DNA of 46,892 nt from Chloroflexota bacterium (GCA_002707835.1 PANZ01000004.1:1-46892); one strand, 5' to 3'. Shown: positions 1 through 9,223, counted from the stretch's first letter. Translations and numbers: made by a program. Notes: generated by a model from the sequence alone, not told the origin.

Positions 1-384
1 TCACATGCGAATATGAGATTTCGAGTGATTGTTGAAACACAAGAGGGATATGATGCTTGGGTGGCGAACCAAACCAATGATGCACTACCAGCTGTAGGAA
101 CTGAAGCTCAAGCTGGAGAAAAAATAGCCACTACACTTTGCGCTGCGTGCCATATGATTAGAGGTACCAGTACCAATACTGCTTTTGCTATTAAGGGACC
201 CGATTTAACACATGTTGGAAGTAGGAATCATATTGCGGCTGTTACCATGGAAAATAATAGTGAAAATTTAGCACAATGGTTGAAAAACCCTCCAGGAGTC
301 AAACCAGGATCGCGAATGCCAGTACTTGCATTAAGTGATGAGCAAATTAGTCAGTTAGTCGCATATTTGCAGGAGCTTCAGTAA
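1..384 (+). CDS. ctaC: cytochrome c oxidase subunit II, C-terminal part (5' end outside window), with fused cytochrome c domain (caa3-type)
   Basis: The frame is open from nt 1 (SHANMRFRV...). H-x-x-M is the end of the CuA ligand motif of subunit II. It is followed by a c-type haem motif (CAACH) and a distal Met region (GSRMP). Lies directly upstream of subunit I. Confidence 0.85.
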   Translation, partial: SHANMRFRVIVETQEGYDAWVANQTNDALPAVGTEAQAGEKIATTLCAACHMIRGTSTNTAFAIKGPDLTHVGSRNHIAAVTMENNSENLAQWLKNPPGVKPGSRMPVLALSDEQISQLVAYLQELQ

Positions 385-416
385 TTTATTGAAGTCATTT
401 TAGTAAGGAAATATAG

Positions 417-2219
417 ATGGCCACAGCCACAACTTCAATGTCACAGTCACACCAAAAATCTGGTGTTTGGGATTGGTTGACTACGGTTGATCATAAAAAA
501 ATTGGAGTTTTGTATGGTGTCAGTGGTTTCTCATTCTTACTTTTGGGCGGTATTGAAGCGTTATTGATTAGAACGCAACTTGCTGTTCCTAACGGAACAG
601 TGCTAGATGCTGAATTGTATAATCAACTTTTCACCATGCATGCATTGACTATGATTTTCATGGCTATCATGCCAATGGGTGCTTCATTCTTTAATTATTT
701 TATTCCGTTAATGATTGGTGCTCGTGATGTCGCTTTCCCTCGTCTAAATGCTTTGTCCTATTGGATATTTCTTTCAGGTGCTTTGATTCTTACGAGTAGT
801 TTTATATTCGGTGGTGCTCCAGATGGCGGTTGGTTTGCATATGCTCCCTTAAGCTCTGAAGATTATGCTGTTGGACGAGCAATGGATTTCTATACTGTAG
901 GTTTAGTTGTCTTAGGATTATCTTCATTAATGGCATCACTTAATTTTGCAGTGACCATAATAAATATGCGTGCTCCTGGTATGACGATGATGCGTTTGCC
1001 TGTTTTTATGTGGATGACGATTGTAGTAAATTTCTTACTGATACTTTCACTTCCGGTTATTACAGTTGCTTTAGCACAACTTTATTTTGACAGAAACTTC
1101 GCTACTAATTTCTTTTCTCCTGCACAGGGAGGCGATCCTATTTTATGGCAGCATTTATTCTGGGTCTTTGGTCACCCTGAAGTATATGTCTTAATTCTTC
1201 CATCTATGGGAATAATTTCAGAGGTTTTGCCTGTTTTTTCACGAAAACCTCTCTTTGGATATGCTGCTATCGTTTTTGCGGGAGTTGCTATTGCCGTTCT
1301 AGGATTCGCTGTTTGGAGCCATCACATGTTTACTACGGGGCTCGATACTGTTCCCAAGATTGTATTTTCTGCCAGTACTATGGCTATTGGAGTACCTACC
1401 GGTATTAAGATATTCAATTGGTTAGGAACTATGTATGGCGGGCAAATAAGATTTACTACAGCTATGTACTTCTCAGTATCTTTTATTGCACTTTTTACAA
1501 TTGGAGGTATTTCTGGTGTGATGCACGGTTCTCCTCCAATTGATACACAACAACAAGATACATACTTCATTGTTGCACACCTTCACTATGTTCTCTTTGG
1601 TGGCGCGATAATGGGAATTTTCGCTGGTATATACTACTGGTTTCCTAAGATGACAGGTCGGTTTTTGAATGAAACTCTTGGCAAAATCAACTTTTGGTTG
1701 ATGTTTTTCGGAATGAATTTAACTTTTTTCCCTATGCATTTTCTAGGTTTATCTGGCATGCCACGTAGAGTGTATACTTATGATTCTGGCTTTGGTTGGG
1801 ATGCATGGAATATGGTCGCTACTATAGGTTCATATATTTTAGCTTTTGGCATTTTGATATTCCTTTTCAATTTTTTCAAGACTATGCGTCAAGAACCTAC
1901 AGCGGGGAATAACCCGTGGGATGGAGCTACTCTAGAATGGGCAACATCTTCACCTCCTCCAGAGCATGACTTTGATGTAATTCCCGAAGTACGTGATCGT
2001 GATCCATTATGGTATGACCGAGATAACAATATTCAACAACCAGAGCCACCGGAGGAAAACCATATTCATTTGCCACCACCATCGTATATGCCATTGATTA
2101 TGGGTTTTGGTGTCGCATTAATTGGGATCGGTGCGCTATCTCACCTTGCTATGACTGGTTTAGGTGTGGCGGTAGTGATTTATTCTATTTGGGGCTGGGT
2201 GTTAGAGCCCATTGATTAG
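417..2219 (+). CDS. ctaD: cytochrome c oxidase subunit I (haem-copper oxidase catalytic subunit)
   Basis: 600-aa polytopic protein with signature segments LFWVFGHPEVYVLILP, WSHHMFTTG and AHLHYVLFGG. AGGAA-type RBS lies ahead of the ATG. Confidence 0.97.
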   Translation: MATATTSMSQSHQKSGVWDWLTTVDHKKIGVLYGVSGFSFLLLGGIEALLIRTQLAVPNGTVLDAELYNQLFTMHALTMIFMAIMPMGASFFNYFIPLMIGARDVAFPRLNALSYWIFLSGALILTSSFIFGGAPDGGWFAYAPLSSEDYAVGRAMDFYTVGLVVLGLSSLMASLNFAVTIINMRAPGMTMMRLPVFMWMTIVVNFLLILSLPVITVALAQLYFDRNFATNFFSPAQGGDPILWQHLFWVFGHPEVYVLILPSMGIISEVLPVFSRKPLFGYAAIVFAGVAIAVLGFAVWSHHMFTTGLDTVPKIVFSASTMAIGVPTGIKIFNWLGTMYGGQIRFTTAMYFSVSFIALFTIGGISGVMHGSPPIDTQQQDTYFIVAHLHYVLFGGAIMGIFAGIYYWFPKMTGRFLNETLGKINFWLMFFGMNLTFFPMHFLGLSGMPRRVYTYDSGFGWDAWNMVATIGSYILAFGILIFLFNFFKTMRQEPTAGNNPWDGATLEWATSSPPPEHDFDVIPEVRDRDPLWYDRDNNIQQPEPPEENHIHLPPPSYMPLIMGFGVALIGIGALSHLAMTGLGVAVVIYSIWGWVLEPID

Positions 2220-2268
2220 TTGCGAAATAATTATTGTATAATTGATTGATAGATATAGGAGTAGTGAA

Positions 2269-2865
2269 GTGAGTGAAGCAGTAACACACGCAGAGCATCA
2301 TACATCTACTGGTGTAGATAATCGTATGCTGATGATGTGGATATTTTTAGCTTCTGAATGTTTGTTCTTTGGATCTCTTATTTCTACATATCTTATATAT
2401 CAAGGTGAGTCTTTAGTAGGTCCTCTCCCTGGTGAACTTTTAAATATACCTATTACATCTGCAAGTACTTTTGTTTTGTTGATGAGTTCAGTGACTATGG
2501 TGTTAGCAGTTTATGGCGCTCAACATAAAGAGTTCCTGATGATGAAGCTTAATTTACTGGCCACGATTATACTGGGCACAATTTTTCTTGGTTTCCAAGT
2601 TGTTGAATTTACAGAATTTGTTCACCATGGCCTTCTTTTGTCTACAAATCAATTTGGTTCGTCATTTTATTTATTGACTGGCTTGCATGGAACACATGTT
2701 GGTATAGGAGTTATATACCTGATTTCATTATTAATTGGTTCCTCAAGACGAAATGGATTAGGCAAAGATGCAGGACTTAATTTAGAAATTGCCGGTTTAT
2801 ACTGGCACTTTGTTGATATTGTATGGATTGTAATCTTTACGATTATTTACCTCATTCCGTCATAG
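2269..2865 (+). CDS. ctaE: cytochrome c oxidase subunit III
   Basis: Multi-TM protein with the subunit III C-terminal motifs (YWHFVDIVWIVIF, GLHGTHVGIG). The ORF track starts at TTG 2242, but the in-frame GTG at 2269 sits 7 nt after AGGAG (2257-2261), so 2269 is preferred. Confidence 0.88.
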   Translation: MSEAVTHAEHHTSTGVDNRMLMMWIFLASECLFFGSLISTYLIYQGESLVGPLPGELLNIPITSASTFVLLMSSVTMVLAVYGAQHKEFLMMKLNLLATIILGTIFLGFQVVEFTEFVHHGLLLSTNQFGSSFYLLTGLHGTHVGIGVIYLISLLIGSSRRNGLGKDAGLNLEIAGLYWHFVDIVWIVIFTIIYLIPS

Positions 2866-2885
2866 TAAGGATGTAATTAACTATC

Positions 2886-3269
2886 ATGTCGACTGAAGCT
2901 CAAACTACAGAATCACATGGATCTCCGCTTACTCCGAGAGATTACATAAAAATAGGATTGATTCTTACTGTAATTACTATTGTTGAATTAATTGCTTCTT
3001 ATGTTGAATTGGGTGCTTTACTTATTCCGATACTGCTTTTCTTGTCCCTTGTTAAATTTGTGGCTGTAGTAGCACTGTTTATGCATCTTAAGTATGAGGC
3101 AAGAATACTGACTCAGATGTTTGTGATGGGTGCAGTATTAGCGACATGCATCTTAATTGGTTTGCTCTATTTATTTCGTAACGATCCAACAGATGCTTTA
3201 GGTGGAGTTGATCCAGCATCAGGCGGTCATGCCGCAAGAATTTGGATAGGGCACTACTTGCATATTTGA
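2886..3269 (+). CDS. ctaF: cytochrome c oxidase subunit IV (prokaryotic COX4-type small membrane subunit)
   Basis: Small protein with 3 TM segments containing VKFVAVVALFMHLKYE, typical of bacterial oxidase subunit IV. It is the last gene of the cta operon. Confidence 0.75.
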   Translation: MSTEAQTTESHGSPLTPRDYIKIGLILTVITIVELIASYVELGALLIPILLFLSLVKFVAVVALFMHLKYEARILTQMFVMGAVLATCILIGLLYLFRNDPTDALGGVDPASGGHAARIWIGHYLHI

Positions 3270-3408
3270 TCGATTTCAATATTTTATTTTTCTTGTTTAT
3301 TTTATGTTAATGGATATCATTTTTATCGATTTCTATTTAATGATGATTTTTTTAAGACTACCTGTATAAAATCAACTAAATGATCACCAAATTTAGGAAG
3401 GTCAGAAT

Positions 3409-4191
3409 ATGAAGCTGAAAGGAAAAGTAGCAATAGTGACAGGTGCTGCACAAGGGATCGGAAGATCTATAGCGCTTGAATTGGCATCTGCAGGTGCACA
3501 TGTGCTTGTTTCGGATATACAAGATCAGAAAGTGTCTGAAGTCGCAAAAGAAATCACAAATATGGGGCAAAAATCTTTGCACATGTCGATAGATGTGACA
3601 ATAGCTGAGCAAGTTATATATATGGCCAAAAGTGCAAAATCTGAATTTGGAAGGATAGATATTTTAGTTAATAATGCTGGTGGTAGTGGAAATATTGGAA
3701 TTAAGGATATTGAAGAAATTCCTGAGAAAATATGGACTGATCAATTATCCTTGAATTTGAGTGCGACATTTCTCTGCTGTCAGGCCATTATTCCATATAT
3801 GAAAGAACAAAATTCTGGACGAATTGTAAATTTATCATCCTTTACATCTAAAGGTACATTTGGTGATCTAACGACTACCGGAGCTCGTATTCCATATGCT
3901 GCCGCTAAATCAGGGATTCTCGGTCTTACATATCAATTAGCTAAAGACTTAGGTCCAAATGGGATATATGTTAATGCCGTGATGCCTGGTCTTATTGTTA
4001 CTGAGCCCGGGGCCCGAGTTCGAGAACGCTATGATGTTTTGGATGAAGAAATGCAGAGAAATATGGATCAGTCTATTCCCTTAGGTAGAGCTGGAAGACC
4101 TGATGAAGTTGCTAAGGCTGTAGCTTTTTTAGCATCAGATGATGCTAGTTATATTACAGGTACTGTATTAGAGGTCACTGGAGGTAGTTGA
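3409..4191 (+). CDS. short-chain dehydrogenase/reductase (FabG-like)
   Basis: TGAAQGIG cofactor loop, NNAG motif and Y-x-x-x-K (YAAAK). AGGAAGG RBS. Confidence 0.9.
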   Translation: MKLKGKVAIVTGAAQGIGRSIALELASAGAHVLVSDIQDQKVSEVAKEITNMGQKSLHMSIDVTIAEQVIYMAKSAKSEFGRIDILVNNAGGSGNIGIKDIEEIPEKIWTDQLSLNLSATFLCCQAIIPYMKEQNSGRIVNLSSFTSKGTFGDLTTTGARIPYAAAKSGILGLTYQLAKDLGPNGIYVNAVMPGLIVTEPGARVRERYDVLDEEMQRNMDQSIPLGRAGRPDEVAKAVAFLASDDASYITGTVLEVTGGS

Positions 4192-4247
4192 GCTTAATTT
4201 AGACTATTAACTTGATTGCTATAAAGTTAATAATTTGGAGGCACATT

Positions 4248-5477
4248 ATGAAAGTTATAAAAGGTGTAAAACTAATAGATGGTACTGGTGAAGAACCAAT
4301 TGATGATTTAACGATTGTGATTAATGAAGATAAAATAGAATCAATAGGTACTGAACCAGAAATTTCAATTCCTCATAATGCTGAAATCATAAATGCCTCG
4401 GGAATGAGCCTTCTCCCAGGCTTGATTGATTGCCATGATCACTTAGCCTATTTTGGATATGACATTGCTGGAAGATGGGGGTTAGACGAGCGTCGTAGTC
4501 CCCGCCATATGCGGATAGCTTCTGTTCTCAACCAAACATTAATAAGTGGCTATACGACTGTAAGAGATGCTGGAGGGCTTGATGCTGGTTTTAGAGATGC
4601 TATTGATCAAAAGCTTATATCTGGTCCGCGACTACAAGTTTCGGTAAGCATCATTTCACCTACAGGTGGTGTAGGTGAAGAAACTAGTATTTCTGGGTAT
4701 AAGAATCCTAGCTCCCCAGATCCTAGTGTTCCTTCAGGTGTAGCAAATGGAGTTGAAGGAATGCGTAAAAAAGTTAGAGAAATGATTCATGCAGGTGCTG
4801 ATGTGATCAAATTTGCTACTACAGGAGGTGCAAGTTCAAAAGCAGGTCTTGGTCCAAAAGATATGGTCATTAGTCTTGATGAAATAAATGCATTAGTCGA
4901 TGAAGCTCACCATCTTGGGAAGAGAGTCATGTGCCATGCTCTAGGTGGTCCTGGATTGCGGCATGCTATTGAGGCCGGCGTTGATTCGATAGAACATGGA
5001 GCTTATTTAGATGAAGATCCTGATCTTCTGGAAATTATGTTGCAGAAAGATATATTTTTTACTCCGACCTTTAGTGTATATACGTTCCATGAAAAATTCG
5101 GTACCCCTCATGGTAAAGAGCGCGCACTTGATATGAGGGAACATCATATTCGGAGTGTTCAAATGGCATTGGAAGCAGGTGTAAAAGTAGTTGCTGGGAC
5201 TGATGCAGGAGGATGGGTTCACGGGAATAATGCACAAGAGATTACATGTCTTACTAGTGCTGGTATGAGTTCTTCTCAAGCTATAGTGGCTGCTACAAAA
5301 AATGCTGCTGAATGCATTGGGCTTGATGAAGAAATAGGAACCATAGAAGTTGGAAAAAAAGCTGATTTAATTTTGGTAGAAGGAAATCCTATTGATGATG
5401 TTAGTATTTTGGAAAAGGGCAGTTCAGTGAAATTCGTTATGAAAGATGGGCAAATATATCTAGATTACGTAAGTTAA
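4248..5477 (+). CDS. metal-dependent amidohydrolase (imidazolonepropionase / Xaa-Pro dipeptidase-like superfamily)
   Basis: LPGLIDCHDHL (HxH metal motif), VIKFATTGG (candidate carboxylated Lys), GTDAG Asp motif. The ATG at 4248 is preceded by GGAGG at a 7-nt spacing, so the upstream 12 codons of the track ORF are rejected. Confidence 0.85.
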   Translation: MKVIKGVKLIDGTGEEPIDDLTIVINEDKIESIGTEPEISIPHNAEIINASGMSLLPGLIDCHDHLAYFGYDIAGRWGLDERRSPRHMRIASVLNQTLISGYTTVRDAGGLDAGFRDAIDQKLISGPRLQVSVSIISPTGGVGEETSISGYKNPSSPDPSVPSGVANGVEGMRKKVREMIHAGADVIKFATTGGASSKAGLGPKDMVISLDEINALVDEAHHLGKRVMCHALGGPGLRHAIEAGVDSIEHGAYLDEDPDLLEIMLQKDIFFTPTFSVYTFHEKFGTPHGKERALDMREHHIRSVQMALEAGVKVVAGTDAGGWVHGNNAQEITCLTSAGMSSSQAIVAATKNAAECIGLDEEIGTIEVGKKADLILVEGNPIDDVSILEKGSSVKFVMKDGQIYLDYVS

Positions 5478-5489
5478 GATTTATTGAAG

Positions 5490-5524
5490 AATTCTTACTT
5501 ACAATTAATTTGTAAGTAAGAATT
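5490..5524. terminator. perfect 15-bp-stem hairpin (loop TTAAT) just after the amidohydrolase stop; possible intrinsic terminator or protein-binding palindrome
   Basis: AATTCTTACTTACAA (5490-5504) is the exact reverse complement of TTGTAAGTAAGAATT (5510-5524). The stem is AT-rich and no T-tract follows, so the terminator call is weak. Confidence 0.35.
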
Positions 5525-5560
5525 GACGAACTGTACACACATGGATACGCTATACTATAT

Positions 5561-5585
5561 ACTTTGTGTATATTATACACAAAGT
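5561..5585. promoter_or_regulatory. 25-bp perfect palindrome (candidate operator) 19 nt upstream of the nadE start
   Basis: ACTTTGTGTATA-T-TATACACAAAGT: 12-bp arms verified base by base around centre nt 5573. The centre (TATATTATA) looks like a -10 region. Confidence 0.45.
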
Positions 5586-5603
5586 TTTAATTGGGATGGA
5601 ATT

Positions 5604-7325
5604 ATGAAAAATCTCCGTGTTGGACTTGCTCAATTGAATACGACCGTTGGTGATTTTGATTCAAATATTAGACTTATTCTTGATGCTGCAACGAAGGCAA
5701 AAGAAAGTGATGCTGATGTAGTTATTTTCCCTGAATTAGCTATAACTGGTTACCCTCCCGAAGACTTACTGTTAAGACGTCCTTTTATTGATCAAGCTAT
5801 GACAAAATTGAAATCCTTAGCCGAACAGGCTAAAAATTTGCCTCCCATAGTTGTGGGATGTCTCGATTTTGAACAGCATCTCTATAATTCTGCTGCTGTA
5901 CTTTATGAAGGTAAAATTCAAGGAATTTATCACAAACAAATGCTCCCAAACTATGGAGTCTTTGATGAAGAAAGATATTTTCAATCAGGTGATTCAATTG
6001 AAATGTTTGAAATTGGAGGTGTATTGACTGGAGTAACCATCTGTGAAGATATGTGGTATCCAGAAGGTCCAGTTAGGCAATTATCTTTAGAAGGTGCCCA
6101 AATAATCTTGAATTTAAATGCATCTCCTTTTCATGCAGGAAAGACAGATTACCGTGAACGAATGATCTCTACACGTGCTACGGATAATACAGTAGCAATT
6201 GCATATGTTAATCAAGTTGGTGGACAAGATGATTTGGTTTTTGATGGCAATTCTATCGTAGTAGATGCAAAAGGAAATGTAATTGGTCGTGCTTCTTCGA
6301 TGTGCGATGACCTATTAGTTGTTGATATTGCTGTAGATGAAATTGCTCAGCAACAATTACATGAATCTCGTTTACGTCGAGTTGTTACATCTACTTCTGT
6401 GAAACCACCAGTATTGATTTCTAGTAGTAAATCTGATCAAAAAAATGTATTAACTACATCATCAATAGATAGAAAAGAAGACGTAGCTGAAATTTATGAT
6501 GCACTAGTTTTGGGGACTCGTGATTATGTGAAAAAAAGTGGTTTTAATAGTGTATGGGTCGCTCTTTCAGGTGGCATCGATTCAGCGTTGGTTGCAGCTA
6601 TAGCCGTAGATGCCTTGGGACCATCATTTGTACAAGGTCTATCAATGCCATCAAGATATTCTTCAGGTGGATCTATTACAGATGCCGAAGAACTTGCGAA
6701 CAATTTAAAGATTTCATTGTCCTCCATTCCGATAGAAAAGATTCATGAAAAAGCATTACTTAGTTTGGAAAATGAATTTAAAGATCTGCCTTCGAATACT
6801 GCAGAGGAAAATTTGCAATCTAGGATCAGAGGTATGTTAGTTATGGCTCTTTCTAACAAGCAATCAGGTTCATTGGTTTTGACAACTGGAAATAAATCTG
6901 AATATGCGTGTGGTTATGCAACATTATACGGAGATATGGTGGGGGGATTTGCTGTTATCAAGGATGTCCCTAAGACAATGGTTTGGGATCTTGCAAAATA
7001 TCGAAACACACTAACTTATGTTATTCCACAGAATTCTATCGACAAACCACCATCTGCTGAGTTGAGACCAGATCAATTGGATACTGATTCATTGCCAGAA
7101 TATGACATTTTAGATCCTATAATTGAGGCATATGTGGAAGAGGACCTTTCACTTGAGGCAATAGTCAGTAGAGGATTTGATGAAAAAATTGCTCGTAATG
7201 TAATTGATATGATTAATCGTAATGAGTATAAAAGGCGACAATCACCACCTGGAGTAAAAATTACACCTAGAGCTTTTGGTCGAGATCGTCGACTTCCCCT
7301 TGCAACCAGATATGCTGGTTATTAA
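5604..7325 (+). CDS. nadE: glutamine-dependent NAD+ synthetase (N-terminal CN-hydrolase/glutaminase domain plus C-terminal NAD synthetase domain)
   Basis: Nitrilase-type catalytic residues in context (FPELAITGY, KQMLPNYGVFDE, ICEDMW) and the PP-loop SGGIDSA. The ATG at 5604 gives the canonical MKNLRVGLAQLN N-terminus. The track extension back to 5523 runs through the palindromes and is rejected. Confidence 0.93.
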   Translation: MKNLRVGLAQLNTTVGDFDSNIRLILDAATKAKESDADVVIFPELAITGYPPEDLLLRRPFIDQAMTKLKSLAEQAKNLPPIVVGCLDFEQHLYNSAAVLYEGKIQGIYHKQMLPNYGVFDEERYFQSGDSIEMFEIGGVLTGVTICEDMWYPEGPVRQLSLEGAQIILNLNASPFHAGKTDYRERMISTRATDNTVAIAYVNQVGGQDDLVFDGNSIVVDAKGNVIGRASSMCDDLLVVDIAVDEIAQQQLHESRLRRVVTSTSVKPPVLISSSKSDQKNVLTTSSIDRKEDVAEIYDALVLGTRDYVKKSGFNSVWVALSGGIDSALVAAIAVDALGPSFVQGLSMPSRYSSGGSITDAEELANNLKISLSSIPIEKIHEKALLSLENEFKDLPSNTAEENLQSRIRGMLVMALSNKQSGSLVLTTGNKSEYACGYATLYGDMVGGFAVIKDVPKTMVWDLAKYRNTLTYVIPQNSIDKPPSAELRPDQLDTDSLPEYDILDPIIEAYVEEDLSLEAIVSRGFDEKIARNVIDMINRNEYKRRQSPPGVKITPRAFGRDRRLPLATRYAGY

Positions 7326-7326
7326 A

Positions 7327-8109
7327 TTATCGAAAGATAACAGTCTGATTCTCGTAAGCTATTGATGAGGCGATATCTATTAATCCCTTGAGTGTGGTGT
7401 CTTCATTTACTACAGGTCTCGTCACATCAATTTTTCGATCCCATCCACTCAAAGTCGTTATAATTTCGTCGATTAAATTAGAGGTTTCTTTTGAATGCAT
7501 ATAAATTTTCTTTAAATCTAGTGAATTAGCGATTTCAAATATTTTTTTACTTAATTGTTCTTGGTCTAAGGTAATTGCATGTTTGGAAGAGTTTTTTCCA
7601 AATTGAAAATAATCGCCTGGAAAATATAATCCACCAACCTTAATAGTTGATATACAAAATCCATCTTCAAAATATATGAATAGTGCGTCATTATTATCTT
7701 GGTTTTTATTTAAACCCGTGACTCTATGGAACATAGCTTGTACACGATCAAGTACTGCTATAGGAGTATCTATGTGACGTCGAATTGCATCAGTAATGTG
7801 GAAATCTTTGAATGTATTATTACCTCTGGAATCGAGAATAACACCGTTACTATTGTCTATAATTCCTGGACATCCTACAGCGATTGCAAGTGCATAATAT
7901 GGTTTTTTATCTTGTATAAATGATGTAGCTATTCTTCCTCCAATTTCCCATGACCATTCATTCTCAGATTCTAATTTTGGGAGTTGCCATTCACCCTGGT
8001 ATATGACCTTAAGTTCCATTGAAGTGAGGAGGATACTTAATTTTTCTTCAGTAAAATCTACAGCCATTAAAGATGGTATTAAATTTTTAGTATTGCCTTG
8101 CTTATCCAT
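7327..8109 (-). CDS. hypothetical protein, degenerate ROK/ASKHA-fold-like
   Basis: Layout resembles ROK proteins (AIAVGCPGIIDNSNGVI..., PIAVLDRVQAMF..., FIYFEDGFCISTIKVGGLY). However, the N-terminal phosphate-binding motif is AVDFTEEK instead of DxGGT, and no Cys-rich zinc motif is present. Confidence 0.4.
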   Translation of the reverse strand: MDKQGNTKNLIPSLMAVDFTEEKLSILLTSMELKVIYQGEWQLPKLESENEWSWEIGGRIATSFIQDKKPYYALAIAVGCPGIIDNSNGVILDSRGNNTFKDFHITDAIRRHIDTPIAVLDRVQAMFHRVTGLNKNQDNNDALFIYFEDGFCISTIKVGGLYFPGDYFQFGKNSSKHAITLDQEQLSKKIFEIANSLDLKKIYMHSKETSNLIDEIITTLSGWDRKIDVTRPVVNEDTTLKGLIDIASSIAYENQTVIFR

Positions 8110-8131
8110 TATCTACTCTCTAATGGCTTTC

Positions 8132-9223
8132 TTATTTAATACTGGCGGCTTCAACTTTTTTAAGGCCACTTAAGATTTTTTCAATATCTTGATAATTCAT
8201 TCCTCCATGTAGTGGTAATGCAATAGATTCTTTAGGTAATCTATTCGCTACTGGATATTCAGGCCTTGGAGAATCACCATTTTTTTCACTTAATCTATTC
8301 TTGTTGGAATCTTTAAAAGGTCTATAGGCAGCTTCACAATGAATACCTTCTGCTAAAAGTGCATTGACAGTATCTTCTAGATTTCGTTCCCACATAAGAC
8401 TTCTAATTCTAAAAACATACTTATCATATGAATGTTTTATTCGACTCGAATGTTTCATTTTTTGAATACCTTTGAAAGTTCGAAGTTCTAGATCCAACTC
8501 CCAGGCAAGTTTTCTTCTATTAAGTAATTCAAATTCAGCATTTCTAAATTCGGCAAGTATGAGTTGTAAAGTTTTATTACTTGGTGCTTGAATTTTTGCA
8601 TTTAATTTTTCTGCTACTGCTAAATCCTTGGCTACTAAGATTGCACCACTATCTCCTTCTGCATTTAAAAGATGGCTTTCTCCAAAACCAAAAATTGCAA
8701 TATCACCGAATAAACCAGTTTTTATACGATTATAAGTTGCTCCCATACTGGCAGACGCATCTTCTATAATTAATGAGTTGTGAGATTTTGCGATCATTGA
8801 TATTTCATCAAAATTGACCGGATGCCCAAAATTATGTCTACATATCATAACGTGTATATTTTCAGTGAATGAATTTGCAATTCCTCTAGCACTAATGTTT
8901 CCAGTATCTGCATCAGCTTCTCCAAGGTATAAATTGATATCAAAATTTCTGAATTCTCCAGATATCCGTTCTGCACCTATTGCAGGAACTAAAATATTAT
9001 CGAGTTGTATATCGGAAGATTTAAGTACGCTGACTATCTCTTGACAGGCTAATTTGTATGATACAGCTGGTATTATTTTTTTAGGATCGATATTAAAATA
9101 ACTGGATAATTCTTCTTGGATTGAAGTTTTAGGGTTTGCATCATTTTCTGGATTTATTTTCGGTCGAATAGGAAAAGGTTTTTTATATATTGGTTCTCCA
9201 CCATCAATTGCGAGTTTTTTCAT
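8132..9223 (-). CDS. DegT/DnrJ/EryC1/StrS-family (fold type I PLP/PMP) protein lacking the Schiff-base lysine
   Basis: N-terminus MKKLAIDGGEPI, IIEDASASMGA (cofactor Asp) and FGDIAIFGFGESHLLNAEGDSGAILV. The last segment aligns with the FSFxxxK...GEGG active-site strand but has His where Lys is expected. Confidence 0.7.
   Translation of the reverse strand: MKKLAIDGGEPIYKKPFPIRPKINPENDANPKTSIQEELSSYFNIDPKKIIPAVSYKLACQEIVSVLKSSDIQLDNILVPAIGAERISGEFRNFDINLYLGEADADTGNISARGIANSFTENIHVMICRHNFGHPVNFDEISMIAKSHNSLIIEDASASMGATYNRIKTGLFGDIAIFGFGESHLLNAEGDSGAILVAKDLAVAEKLNAKIQAPSNKTLQLILAEFRNAEFELLNRRKLAWELDLELRTFKGIQKMKHSSRIKHSYDKYVFRIRSLMWERNLEDTVNALLAEGIHCEAAYRPFKDSNKNRLSEKNGDSPRPEYPVANRLPKESIALPLHGGMNYQDIEKILSGLKKVEAASIK

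Noticed and set aside
1322-1570. Other short antisense ORFs of 60-110 aa in the track (for example 1322-1570, 9642-9953, 21143-21430, 22495-22803, 29909-30232, 33179-33430, 36614-36883, 44268-44549)
   Set aside because: All are nested antisense or out of frame within strongly supported genes. They lack RBSs and have skewed, low-complexity translations.
3269-3333. 9-bp direct repeat ATCGATTTC (3269-3277 and 3325-3333) in the spacer after the cta operon
   Set aside because: A single 9-mer recurrence in a very AT-rich 139-nt spacer is not statistically compelling, and there is no accompanying symmetry.
4205-4232. 9-bp-stem hairpin (TATTAACTT ... AAGTTAATA) after the first SDR gene as a terminator
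   Set aside because: The stem is almost entirely A:T with a 10-nt loop, it overlaps the RBS region of the next gene, and no T-tract follows. It is too weak to call.
5523-5603. TTG-initiated 27-codon extension of nadE given in the ORF track (and similar short upstream extensions at 4212, 20309, 20272, 35403, 16478, 11449)
   Set aside because: In each case an internal ATG with a proper Shine-Dalgarno sequence restores the canonical family N-terminus. The extensions run through palindromes, neighbouring genes or RBS-less sequence.
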